A stretch of 64,000 nt of DNA from an uncultured Chloroflexia bacterium (GCA_963737985.1 CAVTUU010000012.1:9157-73156), one strand, 5' to 3'; counted from the first letter of the stretch, positions 1-10,620 are shown. Program-made: numbers and translations. The notes: generated by a model from the sequence alone, not told the origin.

Positions 1-328
1 AGCGATGCTCCCTTTCCATTGACGAAGAGTCAGTTTTGGGATCATATCCGCTCCATGGCCAAAGCGTATCTCTGTCTTTGAATTGGCATAGGGATCGCCA
101 AGCCGCGTGCTTCTCGGATCACCGATGAGCCGAGGAAGAGTTCGACCGCTGCCCCATTGACACCAGACCTAACCGGGCATAAAGTAGATGCCGGTTTAGA
201 ATATGCGTTCTGATTGGGCGACGCTTCCGCAATCCCGGCCCCGGGGTTTGGCCCGCCCACCTCTCCCGTAGTACAGTGACAAATTCCGCGGCGCTGGTTC
301 GGCACGACCGGCGCCGCTTCTGGTCCAA

Positions 329-2163
329 TTGACTCTTCTATCGCTTCTGAGGCGCGCTCACATGAGATCCGAGTTCACTGTCGCGGATCAACACCACTAT
401 GACCACCGCAGTCCGCTGCGATGGATCATTTCCCATTTGCTTCGCTTCAAAGTGGCCCTGTTCACGTTCGTATTCGGGGTCGTCATCGCCCAGGTGCTCA
501 ATGGCGTCATTCCCGGGCTCGTTGGCCGCGCCTTCGATGCAGTGCTCGACGATGACAACACGCTTCACCGCTTGGCTGTCATCAGCCTGGTCATCCTCGG
601 CGTGGTCATCCTTCGGGGCACACTCGATCTCATGGCGAGTTGGATGGCGGAACGACTCGCCAAAGGGTTCGAGCGCGACGCGCGCGACGAACTCTTCCTG
701 AGCCTGCTCGGCAAAAGTCAGACATTCCACAACCGGCAGCGGGTTGGCGATCTTATGGCCCGCGCCGCCAACGATGTTCGTCAGTTGAGCCAGATGGTCG
801 TGCCGGGGATGAGTCTGATCCTCGACTCGTTTACCGGTCTCTGTATCCCGATCATCTTCATTGCGCTTCCTCGATTGGCGGTTGCTCGCGGCTCGCTCTG
901 ATCTTCACCGTCGCCTTTGGGTTCGCGTTGCGCCTTTACATGAGGCAACTCAACCCAGTCTCCGGCGCGATGCGGATGCAATTCGGCAACCTCAATGCCG
1001 GGCTGACCGAAACAGTGACCGGGATCGAGGTCGTCAAATCGACAGGTCAAGAAACGCAGGAGTTTGGCAAGTTCGATCGCAACGCCCGCGCCTACCGCGA
1101 TCTCTTCACCCAACAAGGACTCGTCCAGGCGCGATACATCCCCACCCTCCTGATTGGCATTGCGCAGGCGGGCGGGTTACTACAGGGCGTTTGGTACGTC
1201 TCACGCGATCGAGCTCACGGTCGGACGGCTCGTCAGCTTTCTCGGGTTGATGCAAATCCTGCGGTTCCCCACATTCATCTCGATCTTCACCTTCTCGTTG
1301 GTCCAGCTCGGCATCGTCAGCTCTGAACGGATCCTTTCGTTGATGCGCGAAGAGACCGAGATGGACGAGAACGCAGGCGGATATCAGGGGGGAGATGCGG
1401 CGGTGAAATCGTGTTCGATCACGTCACGTTCAGTTACGAAGGTGAGCCCGTTCTGACCGACATCTCGTTCCGGGTTGAGCCGGGACAGACGGTCGCGATC
1501 GTCGGCGAGACCGGATCGGGCAAGAGCACCTTGACCAAACTGGTGAATCGCATCTACGACGTCGACAGCGGCCGCATTCTGATCGACGGGATAGACGTCC
1601 GCGATTGGAGCCTCGATGCGCTGCAGATCGCGCATCTCGACGATCGAACAGGACATCGTGCTCTTCTCGCGGCCGGTGGCCGAGAACATCGCGTTCAGTC
1701 TCGGGTCAGATCGCGGAGCAATGGCGCGATTGAGCAGGCGGCGCGCGACGCACAAGCGGATGAATTCATCCGCGCTCTGCCCGAGGGATACGAAACGATC
1801 ATCGGCGAGCGCGGCGTTACGCTCTCCGGCGGTCAGCGCCAGCGGCTGGCGATCGCGCGGGCGCTGCTGACCGACCCGAGCATTCTCATCCTCGACGATT
1901 CGACCAGCGCCATTGACAGCGCGACGGAAGACGAAATCCAACGCGCCATTCGCCGCGTGCTCGAGGGCAGAACGACCTTGCTGATTACCCACCGGCTCTC
2001 GCAAATCCGCTGGGCCGATAAGGTGCTTGTCTTGAAGCACGGTGAAGTCGTCGACGAAGGAACGCATGAAGAGTTGCTGGCGCGATGCGATCTCTACCAG
2101 CGCATCTTCGCCCGCTACGACATGGCGCCAACCGCGCGGGTTCCGGAAGCGGTGACGCAATGA
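329..2163 (+). pseudogene. ABC exporter half-transporter (fused permease/ATPase, MsbA/MdlB-like), disrupted by about six frameshifts
   Basis: The TMD and NBD are spread over ORFs 329-901, 861-1250, 640-1326, 1154-1456, 1411-2163 and 1616-1870 in alternating frames. Walker [10 protein letters not shown], signature LSGGQRQR, Walker B ILILDD. One shift lies in a G6 run at 1387-1392. Confidence 0.85.
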
Positions 2164-2407
2164 TGCTGCCGCCTCTTCTCTTATTTAGAAATGAATTGTG
2201 CCCTTCCCGCTCAGCGTCGGTAATCCTCTCGGGACTGAGTACGTGGCCATTTCGGAGCGGTTTCGTCGTAGGAACGACGAGGCGGTTACCTCTTCCAGTC
2301 GGTTTGAACAGACTTCTGATTGTGAGCGGGCGCCCTCTGGGCATTGTTCATTCCCGGGCGGGCGAGGGAGCGATTTCGAGACCAGGAGGCGATCTGTGGG
2401 TTTCATA

Positions 2408-4228
2408 ATGGAGGGTCTCGAAGCCGAGTCGTACGACCGGACCTATAGCGACCGCGAGCTCGTCGATCGCATCCTGAGCTATTTCAAGCCGCAGGCGAAG
2501 GGGATGCTCCTCGTCTCGTTGATGGTCGTCATGCAATCGATATTGGACGCCGCGTTGCCGATCCTGAGCGCGCGGACGCTCGACAAGCTCACTGGCAATC
2601 ACATCGATCCCGCCGTTTGGTGGCTGGTGATCATCATTCTCGTCACCGGTGTCCTCTCCTGGGTGTTCAACTTCTTCCGCCAATCACGCACCGCGGCCGT
2701 TGTCAGCGATGTCGTTTTACATCTCCGGCTCGATGTGTTCCGGGCGGTGCTCCGCCGGGACCTCTCCTTCTTCGACGAGAACCCTTCGGGCAAGATCGTC
2801 AACCGTGTCACTTCCAACACCGAGGATTTCGCAAACACGGTGACATTGTCGCTGAACCTGGTCAGCCAGATTCTGCTGATCGTGATCGTCACGGTCGTGC
2901 TGTTCACGCGCGATGTGAAACTGGCCCTGCTGGCGATGCTCATTTCCCCAATCGTCGTTGCCATCGCCCTCGGATTTCGCAAGATCGCGCGGGAGAGCAT
3001 TCGCGCGTCTCAGCGCGGCATGTCGAACGTGAATAACACCGTCCGTGAAACAATGAGCGGTATCTCCGTCGCCAAGAACTTCCGCCAGGAAGAGACGCTC
3101 TACGGCGAGTTTCAGGAGGTCAACGACCAGGCCTACCGGGTCACGTTGCGAGCGGGATATGTCTTCGCGAGTGTCTTTCCAATTCTCTTCACCGTCGCTG
3201 GACTTGGCACGACAATCCTCGTCTATGTCGGTGGCCGCGACGCCCTAAACGGAAGTGTCTCTCCTGGAGACTGGTTCCTTTTTCTCCAGGCAATCGCGAT
3301 TTTCTGGTTCCCGTTGACGAGCATCGCCAGCTTCTGGAGCCAGTTTCAACAGGGGCTCTCATCGGCTGAGCGGGTCTTCGCGCTAATCGACGCCACACCG
3401 CGCGTCATCCAGCACGATCCCGAACCGGCCGGCAAGATTCGGGGTCAGATCGAATTCTGCAACGTCGATTTTGGGTACACCGACGATCAGCCAGTGCTCG
3501 AGGATTTCAACCTCAATATTCGCGCCGGCGAGCTCGTCGCGTTCGTCGGTCACACCGGCGCGGGAAAATCGACACTCGGCAAACTCGTCGCCCGGTTCTA
3601 CGAATTTCAGGGTGGCCAGATTCTGATCGATGGTCGCGACATCCGCACCCTCGAACTCGAAAGCTACCGCCACCAACTCGGGTTCGTGCCACAGTTGCCG
3701 TTCCTCTTCTCAGGTACGGTTAGGGACAACATCCGCTATCCGCGCCCAGAGGCAAGTGACGAAGAAGTTGAGATCGCGGCCCGGCGGCTTGGACGCGGCG
3801 ACTGGATCGACGCCCTTCCCAACGGCTTATCGACCGAAATCGGCGAACAGGGCCGGGGACTCTCGATGGGTCAGCGCCAGCTTGTCGCTTTGGCTCGCGT
3901 GCTGATCCAGGATGCCGCAATCGTGATCCTCGACGAAGCGACGGCGAGCGTCGACCCGCTGACCGAGGCGCAGATTCAGGAAGGCCTCGACGAAGTCTTG
4001 AAGGACCGCACCTCGATCGTCATCGCCCATCGCTTGGTCACGGTCCGCCACGCCGACCGTATCATCGTCCTGCGCGAAGGCAAGATCGTCGAGGAAGGCA
4101 ACCACGACACGCTCATGGCCAAGCACGGTCCATATGCCCAGCTTTACAACACCTACTTCCGTCACCAATCGCCCGACTACCGGCCCGGCGAAGGCTTCGT
4201 CGAGGTTGCGGCGGGGGTGACGATCTAA
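2408..4228 (+). CDS. ABC exporter half-transporter (fused permease/ATPase), intact partner of the upstream gene
   Basis: Six-helix TMD followed by an NBD with Walker A GHTGAGKST, signature LSMGQRQL and Walker B IVILDEATASVD. ATG at 2408 (MEGLEAESYDRTY...) chosen because the 70 codons upstream in the ORF are not protein-like. Confidence 0.9.
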   Translation: MEGLEAESYDRTYSDRELVDRILSYFKPQAKGMLLVSLMVVMQSILDAALPILSARTLDKLTGNHIDPAVWWLVIIILVTGVLSWVFNFFRQSRTAAVVSDVVLHLRLDVFRAVLRRDLSFFDENPSGKIVNRVTSNTEDFANTVTLSLNLVSQILLIVIVTVVLFTRDVKLALLAMLISPIVVAIALGFRKIARESIRASQRGMSNVNNTVRETMSGISVAKNFRQEETLYGEFQEVNDQAYRVTLRAGYVFASVFPILFTVAGLGTTILVYVGGRDALNGSVSPGDWFLFLQAIAIFWFPLTSIASFWSQFQQGLSSAERVFALIDATPRVIQHDPEPAGKIRGQIEFCNVDFGYTDDQPVLEDFNLNIRAGELVAFVGHTGAGKSTLGKLVARFYEFQGGQILIDGRDIRTLELESYRHQLGFVPQLPFLFSGTVRDNIRYPRPEASDEEVEIAARRLGRGDWIDALPNGLSTEIGEQGRGLSMGQRQLVALARVLIQDAAIVILDEATASVDPLTEAQIQEGLDEVLKDRTSIVIAHRLVTVRHADRIIVLREGKIVEEGNHDTLMAKHGPYAQLYNTYFRHQSPDYRPGEGFVEVAAGVTI

Positions 4229-4465
4229 AATGTCCCGGGGGTTTCAACCCGGACTACCAAAGACGGAGCCTTGCCATGGCTCCACACACAGCCGCCCCGT
4301 CTTCGTAGCGGCGTACGGCTGTACGCCTAAAACCGAATTCGCACCTCTGTTGCATCATCCAGACGCCGTCATTCTCGCGAAGGCGCACGGCCGTGCGCCG
4401 CTACGGAACGCGTGGAGCGCGACCATCTCTTGGAGCCCCGGGCGGGCGGACGCGAGAGAAGGACC
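4229..4465. repeat. Cluster of short palindromic intergenic repeats
   Basis: Contains TTCGTAGCGGCGTACGGCTGTACGCC (4302-4327), identical over 26 nt to 38774-38799. Also contains a CCCGGGGGTTTCAACCCGGA hairpin and a GGCGCACGGCCGTGCGCC palindrome. Confidence 0.6.
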
Positions 4466-4469
4466 CTTG

Positions 4470-4895
4470 TTACTTCCCTCGCTCCCACGAAAGCAACTGA
4501 CCCGCCGGCGTTTCCCGATAGCCATCGAGTGTGCGCAAGACGGCTTCGGGGCCGCCGGGGTTATAGACGACAAGCAGACGCAACGGTTCCCAGCCAGTGT
4601 TGATCGTCGAGTGGAAGACCGCGGTTGGGACGTAGACGACATCGCCGCCGCGAACTTCGAACGGCTCCCCGTCATCGAGCATTTGCTCCCCAACTCCGTT
4701 CAAGAAGTAGAGGATCTCCTCCGACTCGGGATGGTTGTGCCGTTCATGTCCTTTCCCCGGCATGAGGACCACTTCCCCAACCGTCATCGCCGCGCCAGGC
4801 GTGATATCCGGCGTCACTAACCACTTCAACAGACCCCAGTCGAAACTCGACGTCGGCAGCTGCGCCCGTTCGATCGCCGGTAATTGATTCGGCAT
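4470..4895 (-). CDS. Cupin domain protein
   Basis: Cupin metal motifs GKGHERHNHPESEEILYFLNG and GDVVYVPTAVFH. RBS AGAAAGGGG upstream of the ATG. Confidence 0.8.
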   Translation of the reverse strand: MPNQLPAIERAQLPTSSFDWGLLKWLVTPDITPGAAMTVGEVVLMPGKGHERHNHPESEEILYFLNGVGEQMLDDGEPFEVRGGDVVYVPTAVFHSTINTGWEPLRLLVVYNPGGPEAVLRTLDGYRETPAGQLLSWERGK

Positions 4896-5224
4896 ACGGT
4901 GACCCCTTTCTGTTCTATCGCTCCTGCTTGATTCTTTGTTCCCTGGTTCTCTGATCTCTTCCCTTTGCGATATGCAGACCTGCGGGGAATGGAGTTACGG
5001 GTATCCCTGCAGCGCGCGATCATGTCTTGGCGTTTGTTTCCCGGTCAAGAGGCCGGATTTCTTGGTTTACGGGAGCATCTGCGACGCGAGCGCTGTTCTC
5101 GCCCACCGATCGAATACTAACCTCATCGAAGTTACTTACTTTGTGATAGCATCGTGGTCATCGACATGACGGCAAGGGATGGCTTCGCCGTCAGTTTAGA
5201 GCGGTTCTTGGGAGAGGAACGGCC

Positions 5225-5635
5225 GTGGCAACTCAGCGTTCGAGCGTCATTCCAGATAATTTCGTCGACCTGTTGAAAGCGAAAGCGTTCCCAGTGGTGG
5301 CAACGGTCGGTCCGCACGGCGAGCCGCAAGCCAATCCGGTCTGGTTCACCTGGGATGGCGAGTACCTCCGGTTCAGTCAGACCACCCATCACCAGAAGTA
5401 TCACAATCTTCAGCGCAACAAGCGCATCGCGATGACTTTTGTCGATCCCGCGAACCCATACCGCTACTTGGAAGTGCGCGGGACAGTCGCCGCACTTGAC
5501 GACGACACTGATCTCAATTTCCTCAATTCACTCGCGCTGCGATACATGAAGGTCGAGAAGTATCCGTACCACCAAGAGAGCGACCAGCGCGTCATCGTTG
5601 TCGTAAAGCCTGAGCACATCACGTCGATGGGATAG
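5225..5635 (+). CDS. Pyridoxamine 5-prime-phosphate oxidase family (PPOX-class, probably F420/FMN-dependent) protein
   Basis: 136 aa with the typical split-barrel pattern (FPVVATVGPHGEPQANPVWFTWDGEYLRFS ... YLEVRGTV). GTG start preceded by GGGAGAGGAA. Confidence 0.7.
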   Translation: MATQRSSVIPDNFVDLLKAKAFPVVATVGPHGEPQANPVWFTWDGEYLRFSQTTHHQKYHNLQRNKRIAMTFVDPANPYRYLEVRGTVAALDDDTDLNFLNSLALRYMKVEKYPYHQESDQRVIVVVKPEHITSMG

Positions 5636-5644
5636 CAGACTTGA

Positions 5645-5968
5645 CTCATCGCCATCGTCATCCTTCCGGTCTACTGGCTCGCGGGCACGGTTGCGGTCAC
5701 ATTGATCGCGCTGTTCCTCGCCGGTCTTAGCAGCGCAAACGTCTATCCGTTCACCGTCACCGCCGCCCTGGAAACCGCTCCCGACCGCGCCGATCTTGCC
5801 ATCGCCCGCCTGATTCTCACGGGTGGGTCGGCAGTTCTTCTGGCGCCGCTCGCTCTCGGTTTTCTCGCCGACCAAATCGGCATCGACCGCACGTTCGGCA
5901 TCGCGGTGCTGTTCAGTCTTGCGGCGCTCTTGCTGGTGCTGGGGATTCGAGCGCGAAGCTCATGGTGA
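5645..5968 (+). pseudogene. C-terminal remnant of an MFS-type transporter (5-prime truncated)
   Basis: The frame is open from 5645, directly after a TGA, and encodes only the last three hydrophobic helices (LIAIVILPVYWLAGTVAVTLIALFLAGL...LADQIGIDRTFGIAVLFSLAALLLVLG). No N-terminal half is present upstream. Confidence 0.5.
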
Positions 5969-6408
5969 TTGAGAAGCGCGTTGCCTCGCTTCCAGCAAAG
6001 CAAGGAATTCACGAGGCGACATGACCGGGATGCCCCGAATTTGCCTAACCGCCCGGAGTTGTCTGTCTCCGGTGACAAGAACGTCCGTGTCTCCGCTCAG
6101 TACCGTTGCTAAGACGAAATCATCTTCAGGGTGGGTAGCTCAGTTTCGGTGACGGAAACGAACACACTTCGCCGTTCAATTGCCACCAACGCGGCTTTGC
6201 GTCCAACAACCGTCAAGCGCTCATCAAAGTAAGGACTGTCAAGAGTCCGCTTCACTTCTTCGAGCAAGAACTCAGAAATGACCAGATCGAATTCTTCCGC
6301 TTGCCAGCGACGAAATAGTTCGCCGGGAGTGCTTGTTTCCGGTCGGGGCGGACCGAGAATCCCGAGGCGAGCACATTGGCGTCGAAGACAACCCTCACGC
6401 TGATCGTG
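5960..6408 (-). pseudogene. PIN-domain toxin, two frameshifts
   Basis: VRVVFDANVLASG / GPPRPETSTPGELFRRWQAEEFDLVISEFLLEEVKRTLDSPYF / THPEDDFVLATVLSGDTDVLVTGDRQL lie in three different frames, with shifts near 6365 and 6135. The GTG start overlaps the antitoxin stop by 14 nt. Confidence 0.7.
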
Positions 6409-6754
6409 GAAGGCGTTGTTCACGCTTTGCTTGCATTTCTGCACGCATTTCTGAGCGCACTTCCTCCAGCGCTTCCGTGAGTTTCTCTTCAAGTTCCTCA
6501 ATCGGAACATCGCGAAAGGCTTCGCCAATTGCAGCAATGGCCTCAAAATCCCGCTTGCGTTCTTCGTCCAAGCGTACGAGTCGCTCAAGATCCCTAGGGG
6601 AGACAATGGCAGCAATTGGAATCCCGCTCTTCTCGACGAGAATGCGTGATTCCTTGCCGTAGACTGCATTGACAAGCGTGTTGAGCTGGGCGCGAACTTG
6701 AGAGATCGGCATCGATTGGGTCACCGGCTGAGGGATGTTCATTCGTCTCTCCAA
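6395..6754 (-). CDS. Phd/YefM-type antitoxin
   Basis: The N-terminus PISQVRAQLNTLVNAVYGKESRILVEKSGIPIAAIVSPRDLERL is typical of the Phd/YefM fold. It lies directly upstream of and overlapping the PIN gene. The true start may be internal. Confidence 0.7.
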   Translation of the reverse strand: MERRMNIPQPVTQSMPISQVRAQLNTLVNAVYGKESRILVEKSGIPIAAIVSPRDLERLVRLDEERKRDFEAIAAIGEAFRDVPIEELEEKLTEALEEVRSEMRAEMQAKREQRLPRSA

Positions 6755-6970
6755 ACAAGCGTGTGTTGTACAAAGAAAGCCGCTTACAGCTTACTATAGC
6801 GCAAATAGGCGCAGTTCACTGATTCGGCAAATTAATCAGGGACGACCCACTCGCCCACGCCACCCATTACACTTATCGGCGCGAATTCCAACGATCGAAA
6901 CCGGGAGCGGGCTTGCGGATGGCCGCGCTCCACTCCGTTCCAATTGATTACGGACAAGAAGGACACGCGC

Positions 6971-7940
6971 ATGATCATCGTCATGAACCCAGGCTCGTCT
7001 CGGGAAGAGATCAACGACGTCGTCGCCCGCATCAAATCGCTCAACCTCGATGCCCACCTCTCGGAGGGCGAAGAGCACACCATCATCGGCGTCGTCGGCG
7101 TTCCCCTGCCTCCGACCCTCGACGAAATGATGGAAGTTTTCCCCGGCGTCGAGCGCGTCGTCCGGATCACCACGAAATTCAAGCTCACTGGATGGCACTT
7201 CCATCCTCAGAAAACGGTGATCCCTGTCGCGGGCGCCGAGATCGGCGGCAATGCCGTCACGGTCATCGCCGGTCCCTGCTCCGTGGAGAGTGAAGAGCAG
7301 ACCATCTCGACCGCGCACGCGGTCAAGGCAGCCGGCGCGACGTTGCTGCGCGGCGGCGCCTACAAACCCCGCACCTCGCCCTATGAGTTTCGCGGACTCG
7401 GTCAGCGCGGTCTCGAAATCTTGGCGACAGCGCGCGATGAAACCGGTTTGGGGATCATCACCGAGGTCATGACCCCGGCCGATGTCGAGACTGGTCCACC
7501 CCTACACCGACATCTTTCAGATCGGCGCCCGCAACTCCCAGAATTACCTACTCCTCGAGGAGGTCGGCAAAGCGGGCAAGCCGGTGATGCTCAAACGCGG
7601 TTTGTCGATGCTGATTGAAGAATGGCTCCTGGCGGCCGAGTATGTTCTCGCCCAGGGAAACCCAGATGTGATCCTGTGCGAGCGCGGAATTCGCACCTTC
7701 GAAAATCAGACGCGCAATACGCTTGACGTCAGCGCCGTCCCCGTCGTGCAAAAACTGTCCCACTTGCCCGTGTTCGTCGATCCCTCGCACGCAGCTGGAA
7801 AGCGCGCCTACATCGAGGCGCTGTCATTGGCTGGCGTCGCTGCTGGCGCGGACGGGCTCATGATAGAAGTCCACCCGAGCCCCGATCATGCTCTGAGCGA
7901 CGGCGCGCAATCGCTCAACTTCGACGAATTTCTGATCTGA
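6971..7940 (+). pseudogene. aroF: 3-deoxy-7-phosphoheptulonate (DAHP) synthase, type I-beta with N-terminal ferredoxin-like regulatory domain; one frameshift
   Basis: GPCSVESEEQ, KPRTSPYEFRGLG, and after the shift [19 protein letters not shown] ... [10 protein letters not shown]. The frame changes near 7490 (gtcgag-a-ctggtc); ORFs 6944-7618 and 7482-7940. Confidence 0.85.
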
Positions 7941-8029
7941 TGCCAAAGGTGAAAGCAGTCGCCGACGCCGTCGGCAGATCCCTGCCCACCGTCGCCCAGC
8001 AGCCGGTGTTCTGAAGCGAGACAACCCGC

Positions 8030-8430
8030 ACCCAGCGCGTCGCGGCTTCCCTCTCCCTGCGGACCAGGCCGACAAAGGTAGGTACCAGGCCGGCATCCTG
8101 AACGGAGCGGAGCGAAGGCGAAGGTTCGCGCGCCGGAGCAGCTTGGTCGTGCGGGCAGCGATGCTGCGTTCCGCGCAGAATGACGAGGGAATCGGTTCTA
8201 CCGACCCAGTCAGTGGGACCAGGGAGAGGGCGCGATACCTTCCGTCATCCTGCGCGCTCACCCTATCGTCATCCTGAGCGGAGGCGGAGCCGGAGGCGAA
8301 GGATCTCGCCGTGTTCATAGCCTTGGTATCGCCAAGCGAGATGCTTCGCTGCGCTCAGCATGACGGTAGGGATGGCTCAGCATGACGGTGGGAAGGCCCC
8401 GGCATGACACGTTGTCAGGGCGCATGGCGT
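8030..8430. repeat. Cluster of GTCATCCTGAGCG...GAAGGATCT-type repeats in both orientations
   Basis: 8268-8307 matches 22195-22234 at 37/40 nt. Degenerate copies at about 8094-8135 and, inverted, at about 8160-8186 and 8338-8367. Also CCCTCTCCC/GGGAGAGGG arms at about 8043 and 8220. Confidence 0.7.
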
Positions 8431-8577
8431 CAGCCCAGTGCTGTCTGCAACCTGGCGTCATTGCCGACAATCGTGCTTGCCACGCGAGCGCAAGCCTTGC
8501 GCCACTATGACCAATACCTCATGTCGTTCGCGCTCGTGTCAACCTAACCTTTCGGGGATATGTCGTGCAGCGCGCTC

Positions 8578-8919
8578 CTACTTCGCGGGCAGCGTCGCCG
8601 CGAATTCCATGCCCCTGGCCATCCACCACTGCAAATCACTGTCCGACTCATAGCCAGGTGGATCGACCTGGACCCAGCCTGCCATTTCTTTGCCCTTCAT
8701 CACCATGGTCCGAGCGTTTGGCCGCTGTAGTGCTTCGTCCGAGCCTTCCTTCCCGATTCGGACCAGCATATGACCGCTAGAAACGCCAAAACAGAGATTG
8801 CCTCGGTCCAAAAACGCGAGCCCGCCAAACATCGCTTTTCGCTCGAGCTTCGCCCCCTCTGGCAACAATTCCTCGACTCGCTGTTCGAGACCGGGATCGC
8901 GCGCCATAGCCCTTGCCAC
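8578..8919 (-). CDS. TfoX N-terminal domain protein
   Basis: KAMFGGLAFLDRGNLCFGVSSGHMLVRIG ... MKGKEMAGWVQV matches the TfoX/Sxy N-domain pattern. Confidence 0.7.
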   Translation of the reverse strand: MARAMARDPGLEQRVEELLPEGAKLERKAMFGGLAFLDRGNLCFGVSSGHMLVRIGKEGSDEALQRPNARTMVMKGKEMAGWVQVDPPGYESDSDLQWWMARGMEFAATLPAK

Positions 8920-9160
8920 TCCTTTCCGTCGAATCAGTCGATCGCAAGAACGATCGCGGAACGTTGTCGTGGTGTACGTACATTACTACAATGCGTTGTT
9001 AGCTGTTTTCCGCAACAACTCCTTGCGGCAATTTTGGAGCCCTTTGTGCTTGTTTCGGACTAAATTTGCCTAGGGAGAGCGGGACGCCTCTTGCCGAACA
9101 TCTCACTCCGTCGTAGCCTCAACGAATGTGTCACAGGATTGTCAAAAGCAAGGAGCAATC

Positions 9161-9877
9161 ATGGCGGTCGATCAAAACGCGTGGTTCGATCGAGTGCGGT
9201 CGGTTTGGAACGAGCGGTCCGCCTCCTGGGACGAAATGTCGGAAGCGAACGCGGTCGCGCCCGATCGCGTGACCGAACTGGATCGCGTGCTCAGTGCGCT
9301 CTCGATCAAACCAGGCGACAAGCTCCTCGACGCTGGCTGTGGCACCGGGCAATATGCGCTTGCCTTCGCCGAGCGCGGCCTCAAGGTAACTGCGATCGAT
9401 CTCGCGCCCGATATGATCGCACGGGCCAAGACGCACGCGGCTGAACGGAACCTGCACTTGACCTTTCGCGTTGAAAGCGTCGACGCCATTTCCGATCCGC
9501 TCGCCATCTACGACGCGATCCATGCGCGCGTTGTGCTGCAATTCGTGCCGAGCATACCGGCCGCGCTCGCCGAGCTGCGACGTGTGCTCAAACCGGGTGG
9601 ACGAATGCGCGTTAGCGTTCCCGGCGCACTCTCCCCGATCTACAACCGTTCCTGGCGCCGCTACATCGAACCAGAAGCGATGGGGGCCAACTTTGTGGTC
9701 CCCTGGGAGCTCGAAGAGATTCTGATGTCCCTCAGGTGGAACGTCCTCGATCAATGGGGCGAATTAGGGGAAAGCCTAACAGGTGAGACCAACGCCGTTA
9801 CTCAAGAAGAGTTCGCACAGCTTCCGCGACGATTACAGCAGGCCGCCGCAACCACCTGGACCTTCATCGTGAGGTAG
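9161..9877 (+). CDS. Class I SAM-dependent methyltransferase
   Basis: Motif I LLDAGCGTGQYALAF, followed by KVTAIDLAPDMI. ATG at 9161 is preceded by AAGGAG at 5 nt spacing. Confidence 0.85.
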   Translation: MAVDQNAWFDRVRSVWNERSASWDEMSEANAVAPDRVTELDRVLSALSIKPGDKLLDAGCGTGQYALAFAERGLKVTAIDLAPDMIARAKTHAAERNLHLTFRVESVDAISDPLAIYDAIHARVVLQFVPSIPAALAELRRVLKPGGRMRVSVPGALSPIYNRSWRRYIEPEAMGANFVVPWELEEILMSLRWNVLDQWGELGESLTGETNAVTQEEFAQLPRRLQQAAATTWTFIVR

Positions 9878-9893
9878 CCGCAGAGACCATACT

Positions 9894-10322
9894 CTACGTT
9901 CCGTCATCCCAGGGGTTGATGATCGGGACTCCGCTCGCGACAAAGTCCCGGCTATTGCGTGTCATGACTGGAAGTCCATGGTGCAACGCCGTCGCGGCGA
10001 TCAATCCATCGGTCGCCGGGACATGGGCGCCGTGAGATTGAGCTTGGGCGGTCAACTCTCCCCACAGCCGCGCGATCTCAATCTCGACTGGCAGGATCCG
10101 CGAGGTGAAACTTTGTTCCAACCCCAACAACCAGAGGGCGAACTCCTGCCGGCGAGCGCCCGCCGGCCAGAGCGCGATCCCTTTCGCAATCTCCCCTACA
10201 GTGATCACGCTCAGAAACACCAGATCTGGATCAAATTCAGCGACTCTGGCATCGACTCTGGGGTCACTCCTTGGCCGTTGCAGCTCGGCAACGATGCAGG
10301 TGTCCAACAGGACTCCTACCAT
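9894..10322 (-). CDS. vapC: VapC-type PIN-domain toxin
   Basis: LLDTCIV (first acidic residue), SVITVGEI, IAATALHHGLPVMTRNSRDF. Overlaps the upstream antitoxin. Confidence 0.85.
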   Translation of the reverse strand: MVGVLLDTCIVAELQRPRSDPRVDARVAEFDPDLVFLSVITVGEIAKGIALWPAGARRQEFALWLLGLEQSFTSRILPVEIEIARLWGELTAQAQSHGAHVPATDGLIAATALHHGLPVMTRNSRDFVASGVPIINPWDDGT

Positions 10323-10555
10323 TCAAACTCTCGCATTGGACTCTCATCTCGCGTTATGTCCAGCTCACTTAGATCAGGACCACTACGCAGATAATCGACG
10401 AGTGTTTGCCGTTGACCAGTCAGCCGCTTGTATTCTTCTTCTGAAAGCAGAACAACGACATCACCGCGGCGAGTAATGCGCTGTGGACCCTCGGTCAATG
10501 CCCGGTTGACGACCTCGCTGAACTTGTTTTTCGCTTCCGCCAACTGCCAATCCAT
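10316..10555 (-). CDS. Phd/YefM-family antitoxin partnered with VapC
   Basis: LAEAKNKFSEVVNRALTEGPQRITRRGDVVVLLSEEEYKRL. GGAGG RBS 6 nt upstream. 7-nt overlap with vapC. Confidence 0.8.
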   Translation of the reverse strand: MDWQLAEAKNKFSEVVNRALTEGPQRITRRGDVVVLLSEEEYKRLTGQRQTLVDYLRSGPDLSELDITRDESPMREFEW

Positions 10556-10575
10556 GATCGACCTCCAGTCGAATT

Positions 10576-10590
10576 GGCTAGATTGTCTAG
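10576..10590. promoter_or_regulatory. Perfect palindrome GCTAGA-TTG-TCTAGC, candidate TA autoregulatory operator
   Basis: Located 21-35 nt upstream of the antitoxin start codon. Confidence 0.4.
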
Positions 10591-10620
10591 CTAAAAACTT
10601 CGTATCACAGTGCGTCTAAC

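Noticed and set aside
2198-2407. 70-codon N-terminal extension of the second ABC transporter ORF.
   Set aside because: The extension (MPFPLSVGNPLGTEYVAISERFRRRNDEAV...) is not transporter-like, and homologous half-transporters begin close to the MEGLEAESYDR start.
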